Shown here piece by piece: positions 40,206 through 50,205 of a DNA stretch of 64,000 bases. Location: positions 1-64,000 of the IMG/VR virus record IMGVR_UViG_3300025141_014981, one strand, 5' to 3'. This stretch comes from a virus. The notes under the pieces were generated by a model. That model did no database searches. It saw nothing but the letters and a program-made list of their open reading frames with translations, and was not told the origin of the DNA. The stretch's first letter is position 1. Each line of letters opens with the position of its first letter. A program made the position numbers and the translations under genes.

Positions 40206-40976
40206 TTATATTCTTGCATCCTCAATTTGCTTATTGAAGTCGAAAAGTTTTGACTCTGTTTCTAGTAATATTTTCTGTAATTTTATAATTGTGTCTTTAG
40301 GGGTTCTAAATTCATTTTCTTTTAGAAGTAAAGTATTTCTCCACCATTCAAGTGCCTTTGGTTCTGCTGACTCTTTAATTGTTCTCAATGAGACAGCTGC
40401 TAGTGTTCCTAAGTCATTAAACATTGTTGCTGACGAACTGGCTGTAGCTAATAGACTCTTTGTTGATGTGCTAATAGCTATGTCGACAACATTTTTGTAA
40501 GACTCAAATACGTTATTTACATCACCACTTTTTAGTGACTCTGTCATTAATTTACAAGATTTATTTATTTTACCAACTAGTGCCTTCTCTTTTAATGAAA
40601 GTACATTATTTAGTACACTAAATAACCCAAACAGCTCATTGATATGTCCCGTATGCTTCTCTAGAAGTTTTATATTTTGGCGCTTCTTAATCTCTGCTTT
40701 AAGTTGCTCTTGTACCAGGTCTTTAATATCTTGCTTAGAAAGATTTTCATTTAATGAATTATATGAGTTATCACTAAATGATTTTATATTTTTGATATTT
40801 GCTACTACATTTTCTACTAGCTTAAGATGCTCATGAATTCGTTTGCTAAAGTTTCTATTAAAAAGCTTTACAAACTCTCTTGAATCTTTCGCTTCTTCTA
40901 ATAGAATTATATTAGCTTTTGCTAAACGCTTGACTTTACTATTGGACATATACACTGCCTCCACATTGTTGTACAT
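40206..40976 (-). CDS. Hypothetical protein rich in (I/L)xE motifs (possible virion protein)
   Basis: ILLE, LVE, LNE, LLE, INE, LKE and IKE motifs. Confidence 0.6.
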   Translation of the reverse strand: MYNNVEAVYMSNSKVKRLAKANIILLEEAKDSREFVKLFNRNFSKRIHEHLKLVENVVANIKNIKSFSDNSYNSLNENLSKQDIKDLVQEQLKAEIKKRQNIKLLEKHTGHINELFGLFSVLNNVLSLKEKALVGKINKSCKLMTESLKSGDVNNVFESYKNVVDIAISTSTKSLLATASSSATMFNDLGTLAAVSLRTIKESAEPKALEWWRNTLLLKENEFRTPKDTIIKLQKILLETESKLFDFNKQIEDARI

Positions 40977-41044
40977 TATATATATTACAAATATGCGTGA
41001 TACACAATATAAAATTATAAATAAAAGCGAATGCTTTAAATTAG

Positions 41045-41320
41045 CTAATCTTCGTCTATAAGCATTAGAGCCATGGCTGAATAATTATGCAAGTCTATAA
41101 GAGTATCGCGTAATGTTTCTGATTCGACATTAATAGCACTGTTAGTGATTGTTGTGTAACGCTTGATTTTATCACCTAATCTAATTATGACGCCAACTGG
41201 TCCATATTCTGAAAATGCGTCCCCATAATCTTTATTTTTCGAGTAAAATAACTCCTTAGCTTCATCATGAATTTTCTGATATTGTTCTAATCTTTTCTCA
41301 GGTGTTTTGTTTAAGCCCAT
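41045..41320 (-). CDS. DUF1599 / nucleotide-modification-associated domain 1 protein
   Basis: KNKDYGDAF, RLGDKIKR, ETLRDTLIDLHNY. Confidence 0.85.
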   Translation of the reverse strand: MGLNKTPEKRLEQYQKIHDEAKELFYSKNKDYGDAFSEYGPVGVIIRLGDKIKRYTTITNSAINVESETLRDTLIDLHNYSAMALMLIDED

Positions 41321-41445
41321 TAAAGCACCACCAATATTCTGTAATTACACTTATATTCTTCCATCAATTTCTATTGCCTATTAAAGTAGATAACTTTTAT
41401 CATGATACATTATAGTCTCTCAGAGTTGAATGTTCTAAACATACC

Positions 41446-42768
41446 CTATCTGATGTTATCATCTGCATTTTTTGCTCTAATAAACTTGGCAACTTTTTCT
41501 TTTGTTATACTAGGGTCGTTAAACCATAACTCTCGTTGTAGTGAAATTAGCTTACCAATTTCAGGCCCGGGCTTCAAATTGAAGGTTTTAATCAGGTAAC
41601 CACCATCAAAGAATATAACAGGTTGCTTACCAAATTCTCTTAGCTTAGTAATTTGATTACGTAACTCTGGCATAATAATGTATAACACATCTAGATATTT
41701 TAGGCTATTATGCTTTGCTAAAGATGCACCAACCTTCATTACTATATTTTTTGCATTATTTGTCTTTAGTATTTGTATAGCACGTATTATTGTTTTGACA
41801 TGTTTTATGATGTCATTTTTTACCTTTAAAGTTCTTAAGCTGGCATCAATGACTTCTGGATCTAAGTTATGTAGCATGATTATTAACATTTCTGTAAATG
41901 ACAACTTACCATCTTGCTTCTTTAAAAGTTTATTAATGATATCATCTGGAGCATATTCTGGAATAATGAACTCCATTAAATTATTATCAACTAGCAACTT
42001 GATAGCATGCGGAGCATTTTCGTTAACAATCATTTTTTCAAATTCATCTCTAATGCGTTCTTTAGAGATATTCTTTAGTTCACTTACTTTCTCTTTTATT
42101 GATCGTTCAAGCTCTTTGTCTAGCTTATATTTATAGCGTGATGTAAAGCGAATTGCTCGTAATATTCTGAGCGGGTCTTCTTCAAGGATAGCATTTGCTG
42201 ATCCTGGTGTTCTGATAATACCCTTCTTTATATCATTGAACCCTTTACCAGTTAGATCAAGAACATTGCCTGTTGTTAAATCTTTGACTAATGAATTAAT
42301 TGTCAAATCTCTACGCATTACATCTTGATTTATTGTACCAAAAGAAATTTCTGGTTTTCTACTTCCTGGTTCATATACTTCTGTTCTTGTTACAACTGCT
42401 TCTATATCTACACCAGTTAGATCAACATCATTATGTTTTACTCCACGTAAGTCGATCTTTGCAGTTCCAAATTTTGGATATACAACAGGGTTTGAACCTT
42501 GCTTGAAAATACCAAGTCGTTTTGCAAGATACTCTGCAAACCTTATACCACCCTCAGGAAGATCAATTACTATATCTAAATCTTTAGTTTCTTTCCCCAT
42601 CACATGGTCACGAACAGCCCCACCTACAAGAAAAACATGTGACTTAAATTCTGATGATGACTTTACTATTTTCTGTAACAGATCAAGTGCTGAGTCAATT
42701 TGCCCTTTTGATGGTTGTATTGATTCAACTATAACTTGTGATATGTACTTTTGCAGTAGTGGTCGCAT
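41446..42768 (-). CDS. cca: Class II tRNA nucleotidyltransferase (CCA-adding enzyme family)
   Basis: VGGAVRD, DLD, RRDLTIN, EDPLRILRAIRF, ERIRDE, C-terminal PGPEIG. Confidence 0.9.
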   Translation of the reverse strand: MRPLLQKYISQVIVESIQPSKGQIDSALDLLQKIVKSSSEFKSHVFLVGGAVRDHVMGKETKDLDIVIDLPEGGIRFAEYLAKRLGIFKQGSNPVVYPKFGTAKIDLRGVKHNDVDLTGVDIEAVVTRTEVYEPGSRKPEISFGTINQDVMRRDLTINSLVKDLTTGNVLDLTGKGFNDIKKGIIRTPGSANAILEEDPLRILRAIRFTSRYKYKLDKELERSIKEKVSELKNISKERIRDEFEKMIVNENAPHAIKLLVDNNLMEFIIPEYAPDDIINKLLKKQDGKLSFTEMLIIMLHNLDPEVIDASLRTLKVKNDIIKHVKTIIRAIQILKTNNAKNIVMKVGASLAKHNSLKYLDVLYIIMPELRNQITKLREFGKQPVIFFDGGYLIKTFNLKPGPEIGKLISLQRELWFNDPSITKEKVAKFIRAKNADDNIR

Positions 42769-42788
42769 GATAATATATATGCTATAAT

Positions 42789-43322
42789 TTAATTGTTGTT
42801 CTTTTTCCTTATTCTTGCTATCTTCTTTTTTACTTTTTTAAGCTTGTCATTAGCAAGTTTTTTACTGAGGTTTCCAATTTTATCGAAGAATGTTATACCA
42901 TTAATGTGATCAATTTCATGTTGTAAGCAAACGGCTAGCAAGTCAGATGCTTCAAATTCAATTTCGTTTTCATCAATATCAAGTGCTTTTATGAATACAC
43001 TTTTGGCGCGCTTCACATTGACAGTAATCTCTGGGAAGGACAAGCATCCTTCTTTGACGATCAGTTCACCATGTGAATCTACTATTTCTGGATTAAACAA
43101 GACATGTAGTGTTGATTCATCAAACATATAACCAACATCGGCGACTACTATTCGCTTTAATATGTTGACTTGATTCGCAGCAAGGCCTATACCCTTGCTT
43201 CTATACATTGTTTCTGACATGTCACTTGCAATAGTGACATTATCTCCTGTTATACTAGTGACTATCTCTGCAGGTGTCACCAATACTTTACTTGGAAATA
43301 GTTCAATTTTTAATTCTGGCAT
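42789..43322 (-). CDS. def: Peptide deformylase
   Basis: GIGLAANQ, EGCLS, QHEIDHING. Confidence 0.96.
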   Translation of the reverse strand: MPELKIELFPSKVLVTPAEIVTSITGDNVTIASDMSETMYRSKGIGLAANQVNILKRIVVADVGYMFDESTLHVLFNPEIVDSHGELIVKEGCLSFPEITVNVKRAKSVFIKALDIDENEIEFEASDLLAVCLQHEIDHINGITFFDKIGNLSKKLANDKLKKVKKKIARIRKKNNN

Positions 43323-43336
43323 ATTAACTTCCCTTA

Positions 43337-43564
43337 TTATGCAAGCTCACTATATGGTATGACATATTTTTCAGCTATTAATGTAAAGTTTTCTCTAAGA
43401 GAACTTTGTGCAATATCACGTGTATATAATATATTTCCTGTAAATAAATTGTCAATAGTAAACATGTATACGTTATCTTTACTCACATTCATTACAACAA
43501 GAATTCTTTCTTTATACGTGTTCTCTTGCCATACTTGACCAATTTTAATTTGCAATTGATTCAC
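43337..43564 (-). CDS. Hypothetical protein
   Basis: IKIGQVW SH3-like start; GTG start. Confidence 0.5.
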   Translation of the reverse strand: MNQLQIKIGQVWQENTYKERILVVMNVSKDNVYMFTIDNLFTGNILYTRDIAQSSLRENFTLIAEKYVIPYSELA

Positions 43565-43609
43565 TACTTGATTGTATTTTACTGTTACTAATATTGAACA
43601 TCATTTATT

Positions 43610-43852
43610 TTATGCTCGTTTTATTTGTTGCTTACAAGACACATATATTATTTGCTTGCAGTAGTTATTACTTTGTGTGTATAGCATAACATCATAAGTG
43701 TCTATAACATGATGTTTATCTGGTATTTCACCATCGCTAGCCCAACAAGCTGGACAATCTTCACAATATACACTATATTCTAAACCATTTAGTTTATATC
43801 TTTGTGCAAAGTATGGTGCAAAGTCATTACCTTTTGGTGGTCTGTCAATCAT
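43610..43852 (-). CDS. Hypothetical protein
   Basis: ATGA overlap. Confidence 0.5.
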   Translation of the reverse strand: MIDRPPKGNDFAPYFAQRYKLNGLEYSVYCEDCPACWASDGEIPDKHHVIDTYDVMLYTQSNNYCKQIIYVSCKQQIKRA

Positions 43853-44604
43853 TCTTCGTTAAACGTTATTTCACCATGTAACCACTTATAGTAATACTGC
43901 TTACACTCTTCTTTATGTTCTTCATACCATTGTTTGTCTTTTGGTGTTTCAAAAAATTCTTCTGGTGTTGTTGGGAGCTCATCCCACCCACCTTCAAGTG
44001 CTATCTCACCATATAAATTTTCTAGCCTTGTTTCAATGATGTCTATCACTTCTGATTTTTCATCAAGAGGTTTATACGTAAATTTTATATCATGATACTT
44101 ACCTGTTAAGTTAGTCAACCAGTGAGATAGTGTTTCATTAATATCACTGGTTGATGATAACTTTCCAATAGCAGGAATATGTAGTGCATTAAATTCTTTA
44201 CTATCTAACAAGTCTTTTATTATACTGCCAACAAAAAATGCTATATCATCATCCAATGTATTCACCTCAATTAAATCTTTAAGGCAGTCAGCTGGACCAA
44301 CTGAATATTGTGGTTCAATGATTAGATCGTAATTATTTTCATTATCGATACAACAGTGAAATTTTATATCATGCCAGTGATCATTATACTGTGATTCATG
44401 ATCATTAAACACTTCCTCTGAGATATCTAGGCAAGGATGCGACGTCCAATAAATAATATTATGACCATTACATAAGTGTGTCAACAATGGAACGAAGACC
44501 TCAATGATATCTTTCTCAGAATCATTGAGGTCATCTCTTTTTTTTGTGTTAATTGCTTGAAGTATTTCTAGTAAGTTAATTTTTGGAAAATCATTTTTGA
44601 TCAT
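43849..44604 (-). CDS. Acidic hypothetical protein
   Basis: 251-aa ORF. Confidence 0.65.
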   Translation of the reverse strand: MIKNDFPKINLLEILQAINTKKRDDLNDSEKDIIEVFVPLLTHLCNGHNIIYWTSHPCLDISEEVFNDHESQYNDHWHDIKFHCCIDNENNYDLIIEPQYSVGPADCLKDLIEVNTLDDDIAFFVGSIIKDLLDSKEFNALHIPAIGKLSSTSDINETLSHWLTNLTGKYHDIKFTYKPLDEKSEVIDIIETRLENLYGEIALEGGWDELPTTPEEFFETPKDKQWYEEHKEECKQYYYKWLHGEITFNEE

Positions 44605-45166
44605 TCAGCTTTTCGTTTTCATCAATATCTGAAAATGTCTCGATAGCAATGGATTCGGCATCAATTTTTCCACCATCTTCAATTTCAAACTCTTCAAGAT
44701 CAAGAATGATTTCTTCATTTACAAAAAATGTGGGTTGTTCTTTATCATTTTTGTTTATAGCACCTGTCAACAATAGCTCTTCAAACTCTTTTGATGATAA
44801 GGAGTTGACATCAATCACATCTTCGACTGATAATTCTTGCTTAATGTCATCAGCATGATGATTTGATCTAATCATTCCGATACCAAAGTGCTTATTAACT
44901 AATTTTATTCTATCCTTAAGGGGTCCAAGCATAGCATGTGTTAACTTCTTCTTATTTTCCCAGCTTTCTTTTACAAAGACTAGTTTTGTGTCTCTCGATA
45001 TCTCATTAAACGAATATGACAAACCATTGAGTTCTTTAAGCTTAAGAGCTTCTTCTTCAACTACACGCACAGCCATATCATATTGAAGCTTAATTGACTT
45101 TTGCTTGTTAAGCCTAAACTTGTTATTTCTAACAATAGTTCTTTCTAAAGTATTTGTATTTGTCAT
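44591..45166 (-). CDS. Hypothetical protein
   Basis: 191-aa ORF with acidic C-terminus. Confidence 0.65.
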   Translation of the reverse strand: MTNTNTLERTIVRNNKFRLNKQKSIKLQYDMAVRVVEEEALKLKELNGLSYSFNEISRDTKLVFVKESWENKKKLTHAMLGPLKDRIKLVNKHFGIGMIRSNHHADDIKQELSVEDVIDVNSLSSKEFEELLLTGAINKNDKEQPTFFVNEEIILDLEEFEIEDGGKIDAESIAIETFSDIDENEKLNDQK

Positions 45167-45183
45167 AGTTATAATTATCTCAT

Positions 45184-45345
45184 TTATATGATAGTAACAT
45201 CATTTATTGAAAATTTACTTGGGCGCCCTCGCCGGCATATTTTCTTTTCTAGATCAACAACAAATGATCCCCATACTGTATCATTTTCAACTTTAGTTAC
45301 TTTGTAAGTTAGTCCCTTTACTTGTATTAATGTTCCTCTATTCAT
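45184..45345 (-). CDS. 53-aa protein with RRGRP motif (not in ORF track)
   Basis: MNRGTLIQVKG...ICRRGRPSKF; AAGGG RBS; immediately downstream of promoter 45363-45391. Confidence 0.6.
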   Translation of the reverse strand: MNRGTLIQVKGLTYKVTKVENDTVWGSFVVDLEKKICRRGRPSKFSINDVTII

Positions 45346-45362
45346 TACTTTCCCTTATTACT

Positions 45363-45391
45363 ATAATAACACCATTGTTATTAATGTTTCA
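45363..45391 (-). promoter_or_regulatory. TGAAACA-N16-TATTAT promoter
   Basis: Motif match, same spacing. Confidence 0.7.
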
Positions 45392-45941
45392 CATTATATG
45401 AATTATAATGTTTTACTACACGTCGTAATACTTCTGCTTCTACTCTAACGTCTTCTAATGCATCATGTGCATTGATCCTTTTTATCCCAAAGTGTTCACA
45501 TACAAAGTCTAATCCATGTGTCCGCTCTTTAGGTAATTCTATATTATTTATGGCGAAATAAGGATATGTAAAGCTCCATAATTCTAGAGCTTTATGTGTG
45601 TTCCCTATACCACTCTGTGTAAACTTTCTTATCACTTCAACATCAAATATATTCCATGATGAAAGTCGTAAGAAATTTAGATCAAATAGTGACTCAAATT
45701 CTTTAAAGACTAAGTTATGATCATATCCAGCTTTGATCAAAAAATTCCTATCAAAGCCATGGACTGCTGCTGCCTTGTCAAACCAGTCATCAGTATAAGG
45801 TTTGATAAGCTTTACATACTCTTCTTTAGTTTCTAATGTATCTTTATCAAGAAGAGCTGCACCAATTTGTAATGGGTTACACACACTAGGGTTATTTGAG
45901 CTCATTTCTAAGTCAACAAGTAATATATCACTATGAAACAT
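45381..45941 (-). CDS. DEDDh 3'-5' exonuclease
   Basis: VDLEMS, QIGA, WNIFD, AHDALED. Confidence 0.88.
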   Translation of the reverse strand: MFHSDILLVDLEMSSNNPSVCNPLQIGAALLDKDTLETKEEYVKLIKPYTDDWFDKAAAVHGFDRNFLIKAGYDHNLVFKEFESLFDLNFLRLSSWNIFDVEVIRKFTQSGIGNTHKALELWSFTYPYFAINNIELPKERTHGLDFVCEHFGIKRINAHDALEDVRVEAEVLRRVVKHYNSYNVKH

Positions 45942-46316
45942 TTAATTACTTTGCTTGCTTGCAAGCTTCTGCTTAGCATGTCTTTGCAAGTGCCCAACTA
46001 CAATTTGCTTGATAGCTTTGAATTGTGCTTCTGTCATATCTGGTATTTTTTCTTGAATATTTAACTTCAATAATTCTTCCATTGAATCTGGTGAATTAAT
46101 AATTGTCTCATCAAGCATTGCTACACTTGCAACATCAACAAGCTTATCAAAGGATACTTCAAGAAGCTGCTCTGCTAAGCCTTCATCCCAATCACATACT
46201 TCAATTAACTCTGTATAATTAGAGAGTAAAAGTGCTTCATCGGCAAAAAAATCATCATCTACTTTAAGTGGTTTTCTTTTTGGGTCGTCCACGTTTTTTC
46301 TTTTTGGGTCGCTCAT
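45942..46316 (-). CDS. Hypothetical protein
   Basis: 124-aa ORF; DPKRK duplicated at the N-terminus. Confidence 0.55.
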   Translation of the reverse strand: MSDPKRKNVDDPKRKPLKVDDDFFADEALLLSNYTELIEVCDWDEGLAEQLLEVSFDKLVDVASVAMLDETIINSPDSMEELLKLNIQEKIPDMTEAQFKAIKQIVVGHLQRHAKQKLASKQSN

Positions 46317-46629
46317 CTTCTTTCTCTTTATCTTGTTTTATACGCTTTTCTATAGCAAGCACTTTTAACCAATCTTCATCATTCTTCATGTCAACTTCTG
46401 CAAATGAACATGATGTACCATAACGCATATAATCAATAGTCAACTTTTCATTATCACCCTCATTGATGACTTTTACAAGTTTACACATTACTATACCACT
46501 TTCATCACGCTTAATAGGTATCAAAAAACGTATACCTAGATCTTTTCTATCTAGATAGCGACCCTCTTTATAAACTTGCCAAAGTTCAACATCTTCTGTC
46601 TGTATAGTTATTATATTTTTTTTAGCCAT
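46264..46629 (-). CDS. Hypothetical protein with C-terminal AT-hook-like motif
   Basis: KKKRGRPKKK. Confidence 0.6.
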   Translation of the reverse strand: MAKKNIITIQTEDVELWQVYKEGRYLDRKDLGIRFLIPIKRDESGIVMCKLVKVINEGDNEKLTIDYMRYGTSCSFAEVDMKNDEDWLKVLAIEKRIKQDKEKEDERPKKKKRGRPKKKTT

Positions 46630-46651
46630 AATGTTCTATGTATGCAGTTCG

Positions 46652-46987
46652 CTATCCATTATTTAATAATTTTTGCAATTGAACCCATATATTTGGTCCA
46701 TCTCCAGATACTATATTGACCATCTTTCGTAACCATTGTGGTGTTTCTGATACTTCTATATATTTTGTTCTTTTTTTACTTATTACCGTATTTGCTTCTC
46801 GCAAACTAGGAATATTAAAGAATTGTGCAGTACCCTTACTGCCATACCCTGGTATTCTACCATATGCAGATTTATATTTGTATGTTTGCTCACTATCTTT
46901 GAATACAAGATAATATTTGTGTGCATTCTTTACACTATTATGACACTCACCATAAAATTTAATTTCGTCTTCTTTTATCTCAGTCAT
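46652..46987 (-). CDS. WGR-domain-like protein
   Basis: HKYY...AYGRI...KK.TKY pattern. Confidence 0.5.
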   Translation of the reverse strand: MTEIKEDEIKFYGECHNSVKNAHKYYLVFKDSEQTYKYKSAYGRIPGYGSKGTAQFFNIPSLREANTVISKKRTKYIEVSETPQWLRKMVNIVSGDGPNIWVQLQKLLNNG

Positions 46988-47597
46988 TATTATAGTGATA
47001 TTTAGATGTTAACCTGTCAGCCGTCGACCACCCCTTATTATATACAAACTTGATAGGGTTGCTAGCTTTGCCTGATGTAACAGCCTTATCTGTGATAAGC
47101 AATTTAATATCTTTCTTTATCAAATTTGGGATGACTGATTTGGTTGTTGGGATAAGTGATATATGTCGTTTGACTTCTTTAGTATTAATTGAATTAAATA
47201 GATCAGCAAATCCTTTTCCTGCAAAGTATTTATGATTCCAAACATGTAAACCATGCTGTTCGGTATCAATAGTACGTAAACCAGGTACAAACATAATTGC
47301 CAGCATATATTGATAATACTTCAATCTAGCATCTGAATTACCGCATATGATTTTATCTACTTTAGAGTTACGTCGTCTCTTACAGATATCTAATTCTATC
47401 GACGCTAAAAGCTTTGCATATTTTGCAAATGTTTTTGACTTTCTATTTTTCCACACGATATTATGTATGTCAAGAATATCTTCTGTACGGAGAGCCATAA
47501 ACCAGAGCGGATTTTTCATAACCCAATTAGGATCTGCTATCTTTGTTGTCTTCAATGTTCTTGCAACAAGAAGTGCGCTATCAATATTAAAGCTCAT
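46980..47597 (-). CDS. Basic hypothetical protein
   Basis: 205-aa ORF after MoxR. Confidence 0.6.
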   Translation of the reverse strand: MSFNIDSALLVARTLKTTKIADPNWVMKNPLWFMALRTEDILDIHNIVWKNRKSKTFAKYAKLLASIELDICKRRRNSKVDKIICGNSDARLKYYQYMLAIMFVPGLRTIDTEQHGLHVWNHKYFAGKGFADLFNSINTKEVKRHISLIPTTKSVIPNLIKKDIKLLITDKAVTSGKASNPIKFVYNKGWSTADRLTSKYHYNND

Positions 47598-47599
47598 AA

Positions 47600-48385
47600 T
47601 TAATCTGTCCAGATATGCTCAATGATTTTATCCATCTTATTGGCAATTGTTTGTTTGTCACCAAAATCAAGACCCTTGATACCGACTTTGCTTTGTTTTA
47701 GATAGGTATCTAATATTCCTAGAGTATTAGGGGGAATTGCATCACCAGCAGCATCTAATACACTAATACCAGCATCATGACATGTTCCCAGGTATTCTAA
47801 TCTACGTGGTGTTACTTTTTCTCTATCTTCCTCTTTAAGATGACTCCACCAATTATAGACAAAATTCGCAGTGTCATCTTCCATCTTGGTTTTCAAGAAG
47901 TCAATACTCGGTGTTGGTGCCAACTCAACATGGACATGAAATCTATCTCTAAGTGCAGGATCTAAATCATCAACTTGATACTCTTCAGTTGGTGGATTGA
48001 TTGCCGCCCAAACCATTCTTAATTTAGGTAGCTTGACACCATTGATTTGTTTAAATTGAATTAATTCAAGAATAGAGTTTCTAACTTTTAGATGTGCTCT
48101 ATTAAGTTCATCAAAGAATAAAAATTCCATGTCAAAGATATCATTTCTTTGAGCAAACTTAAGTCGCCCTGTATCTTTATCAGGATATGGTACACCAACA
48201 AGATCAATATAAGGATCCATTGTTGCTGCACTCCAATAACCTAAGTTAAGCTTTAACTCTTGTGCAATTTCTTGTACCATGTATGTTTTACCAATACCAT
48301 GTGTACCAACAATAATTGCATTAAAGTTGCCCTTTGCTGTCTTGATTAAAAGATTTTTTGTAGCGTCGTAATCTAATCTTTGCAT
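47600..48385 (-). CDS. MoxR-like AAA ATPase
   Basis: GTHGIGKT, DLVGVP, FFDELNRA, AAINPP, LDPALRDRF. Confidence 0.9.
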   Translation of the reverse strand: MQRLDYDATKNLLIKTAKGNFNAIIVGTHGIGKTYMVQEIAQELKLNLGYWSAATMDPYIDLVGVPYPDKDTGRLKFAQRNDIFDMEFLFFDELNRAHLKVRNSILELIQFKQINGVKLPKLRMVWAAINPPTEEYQVDDLDPALRDRFHVHVELAPTPSIDFLKTKMEDDTANFVYNWWSHLKEEDREKVTPRRLEYLGTCHDAGISVLDAAGDAIPPNTLGILDTYLKQSKVGIKGLDFGDKQTIANKMDKIIEHIWTD

Positions 48386-48426
48386 TCTTTACCTAAATTT
48401 GTTAATGAAAACAATCTGTTATATAT

Positions 48427-48455
48427 ATTATATAACATTAATTATTAATGTTTCA
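48427..48455 (-). promoter_or_regulatory. TGAAACA-N16-TATAAT promoter upstream of MoxR
   Basis: Exact motif match. Confidence 0.8.
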
Positions 48456-50135
48456 GACATTGCCAAGAATTTTAGCGAACTTTGTAAAGCCAAAAAATCT
48501 TGCTTTATTCCATTCAATGTCTTTACATGGTGAATTATTCCATGCGTTAATTAACTTGTCAACATCAACGGCACCATCATTTTTCTCATAATAAGGGCAC
48601 CGAATGACGAAGTTCCAATTTTGCGGGTCATTTACTTTATAGCGCCAATATGAGCCACCATCAGTAATTACAACAACCCTATCTGGATCATAATTGCTTT
48701 CTTTGATCCAGTCACAAATTGAGCTAAACTCAGTACCATAACCAACATGGCCATGTTTAATTTCTTTAGTCTTACTATCAAGTGTAACTTCTGCACACCT
48801 ATTTGCAAATGCAACAGTCTTTACATCAAACATATTTCTTGGGATCCCACGATAACAAGCAAAGAATAATTTTTTATCTGCAGCCGATACTGATCCTGAA
48901 ACATCAAGTGCAACAAGGATCTTTAATTGTGGCTCCCCTTCTTCATGAGGAAGCCTGTAAAGTGAATCATAACCCATTAACACTGTTGGTTGTCGGCGCC
49001 ATGTGAACTTTTGTTTTTCTTTTTTTGCTCTACCATCTTCTAAAATGGCGCGCCAATTGGCTCTAACATTAGACAATTTGTCAATGTCAAAGATTGCGCC
49101 GGCACCAACAATATGATCCGCAGTTTGATGAAAGTCAGGTTTGCTCTCTGTCTCGGATCCTGATTCTATTTGTGAATCAGTGTATGAGTCAGTATCAGAG
49201 GTACGAATTTCATCATCTTCTTCTTGTTCTTTACTATCACTGTCACCACTTTCTGCATCTGTTTGATTACCAGCTTTATCATTTAATTTGTCTTTAAACT
49301 CTTTAGATACATTTTTGTCAATCCAATCACTGGCAGCTTCATGATCTACGTTTTTCCAGTTACCATGATCATCAACCATTTCTCCGCCCATGCCATTATG
49401 TGCATTTGGACATGTTGATTCACCACTCTCACCGTCTTGACCACTACTATGTGTGCAACCTTCACCCCCATCACACTCCCCACCCTCACTATCATCATTA
49501 CCTGGTGCTTGGTCCTGCTCTTCGAAACGCTCAAGTGTCCACTTAAACACCTCCCTTAGCGATTTATCAGAGCAATCAATTCCATCACACCCTTTAAGGG
49601 TTCTGCAACCAAGGCCCTTGCAAGCTTTACATTCCTTTCCTTTACATATGTCTAATAAGTCACCACACCCATATCCATTACAATTGTCACAAAAATATTT
49701 TTTACCATAAAACCATGGTCCTTCTGGATAGTTTTCTTCATGTAACCAATCATTAATGATACAATCTGCAGCAACATTGAATGCGCGCCACTTCTCTTTA
49801 TATTCTTCGTTTGACTTTAGTCGTACAAGATGTTCAAGCACCATATGTGAAGTTTCGTGTGCAATTACAAATGCAACCTCTTCATCATTCAGCCTATCAA
49901 AGAAATCTGGATTGAATTTAAATACTGGCTTTACAAGCTTTGGCATAAAACCAACACATGCTGTTGGTATTCTTTTATCCCATTGCACGCTTAATACATT
50001 TACACTTCGTAATGCTAGTACAATTTGTCGATCTGCAAATGTATTCCAGATCTTAACTAAGCGTTGCATGCGTGCATTACGCTCTGCCTTTAATTGTTTT
50101 GCAGTTTTATCTTGTTTCTTAGACATGTTATCCAA
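48453..50135 (-). CDS. DUF2201-type metallopeptidase + VWA domain protein
   Basis: IAHETSH..LEH, NVAADCIIN, DDH..W, LDVSGS MIDAS, GTEF, ITDG. Confidence 0.85.
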   Translation of the reverse strand: MDNMSKKQDKTAKQLKAERNARMQRLVKIWNTFADRQIVLALRSVNVLSVQWDKRIPTACVGFMPKLVKPVFKFNPDFFDRLNDEEVAFVIAHETSHMVLEHLVRLKSNEEYKEKWRAFNVAADCIINDWLHEENYPEGPWFYGKKYFCDNCNGYGCGDLLDICKGKECKACKGLGCRTLKGCDGIDCSDKSLREVFKWTLERFEEQDQAPGNDDSEGGECDGGEGCTHSSGQDGESGESTCPNAHNGMGGEMVDDHGNWKNVDHEAASDWIDKNVSKEFKDKLNDKAGNQTDAESGDSDSKEQEEDDEIRTSDTDSYTDSQIESGSETESKPDFHQTADHIVGAGAIFDIDKLSNVRANWRAILEDGRAKKEKQKFTWRRQPTVLMGYDSLYRLPHEEGEPQLKILVALDVSGSVSAADKKLFFACYRGIPRNMFDVKTVAFANRCAEVTLDSKTKEIKHGHVGYGTEFSSICDWIKESNYDPDRVVVITDGGSYWRYKVNDPQNWNFVIRCPYYEKNDGAVDVDKLINAWNNSPCKDIEWNKARFFGFTKFAKILGNV

Positions 50136-50161
50136 AGTATATAATTCCTCTGTATAGATAA

Positions 50162-50190
50162 ATTATATATTATTTTTAATTCTTGTTTCA
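50162..50190 (-). promoter_or_regulatory. TGAAACA-N16-TATAAT promoter upstream of the VWA peptidase
   Basis: Exact motif match. Confidence 0.8.
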
Positions 50191-50205
50191 GATACAGATA
50201 AAATG

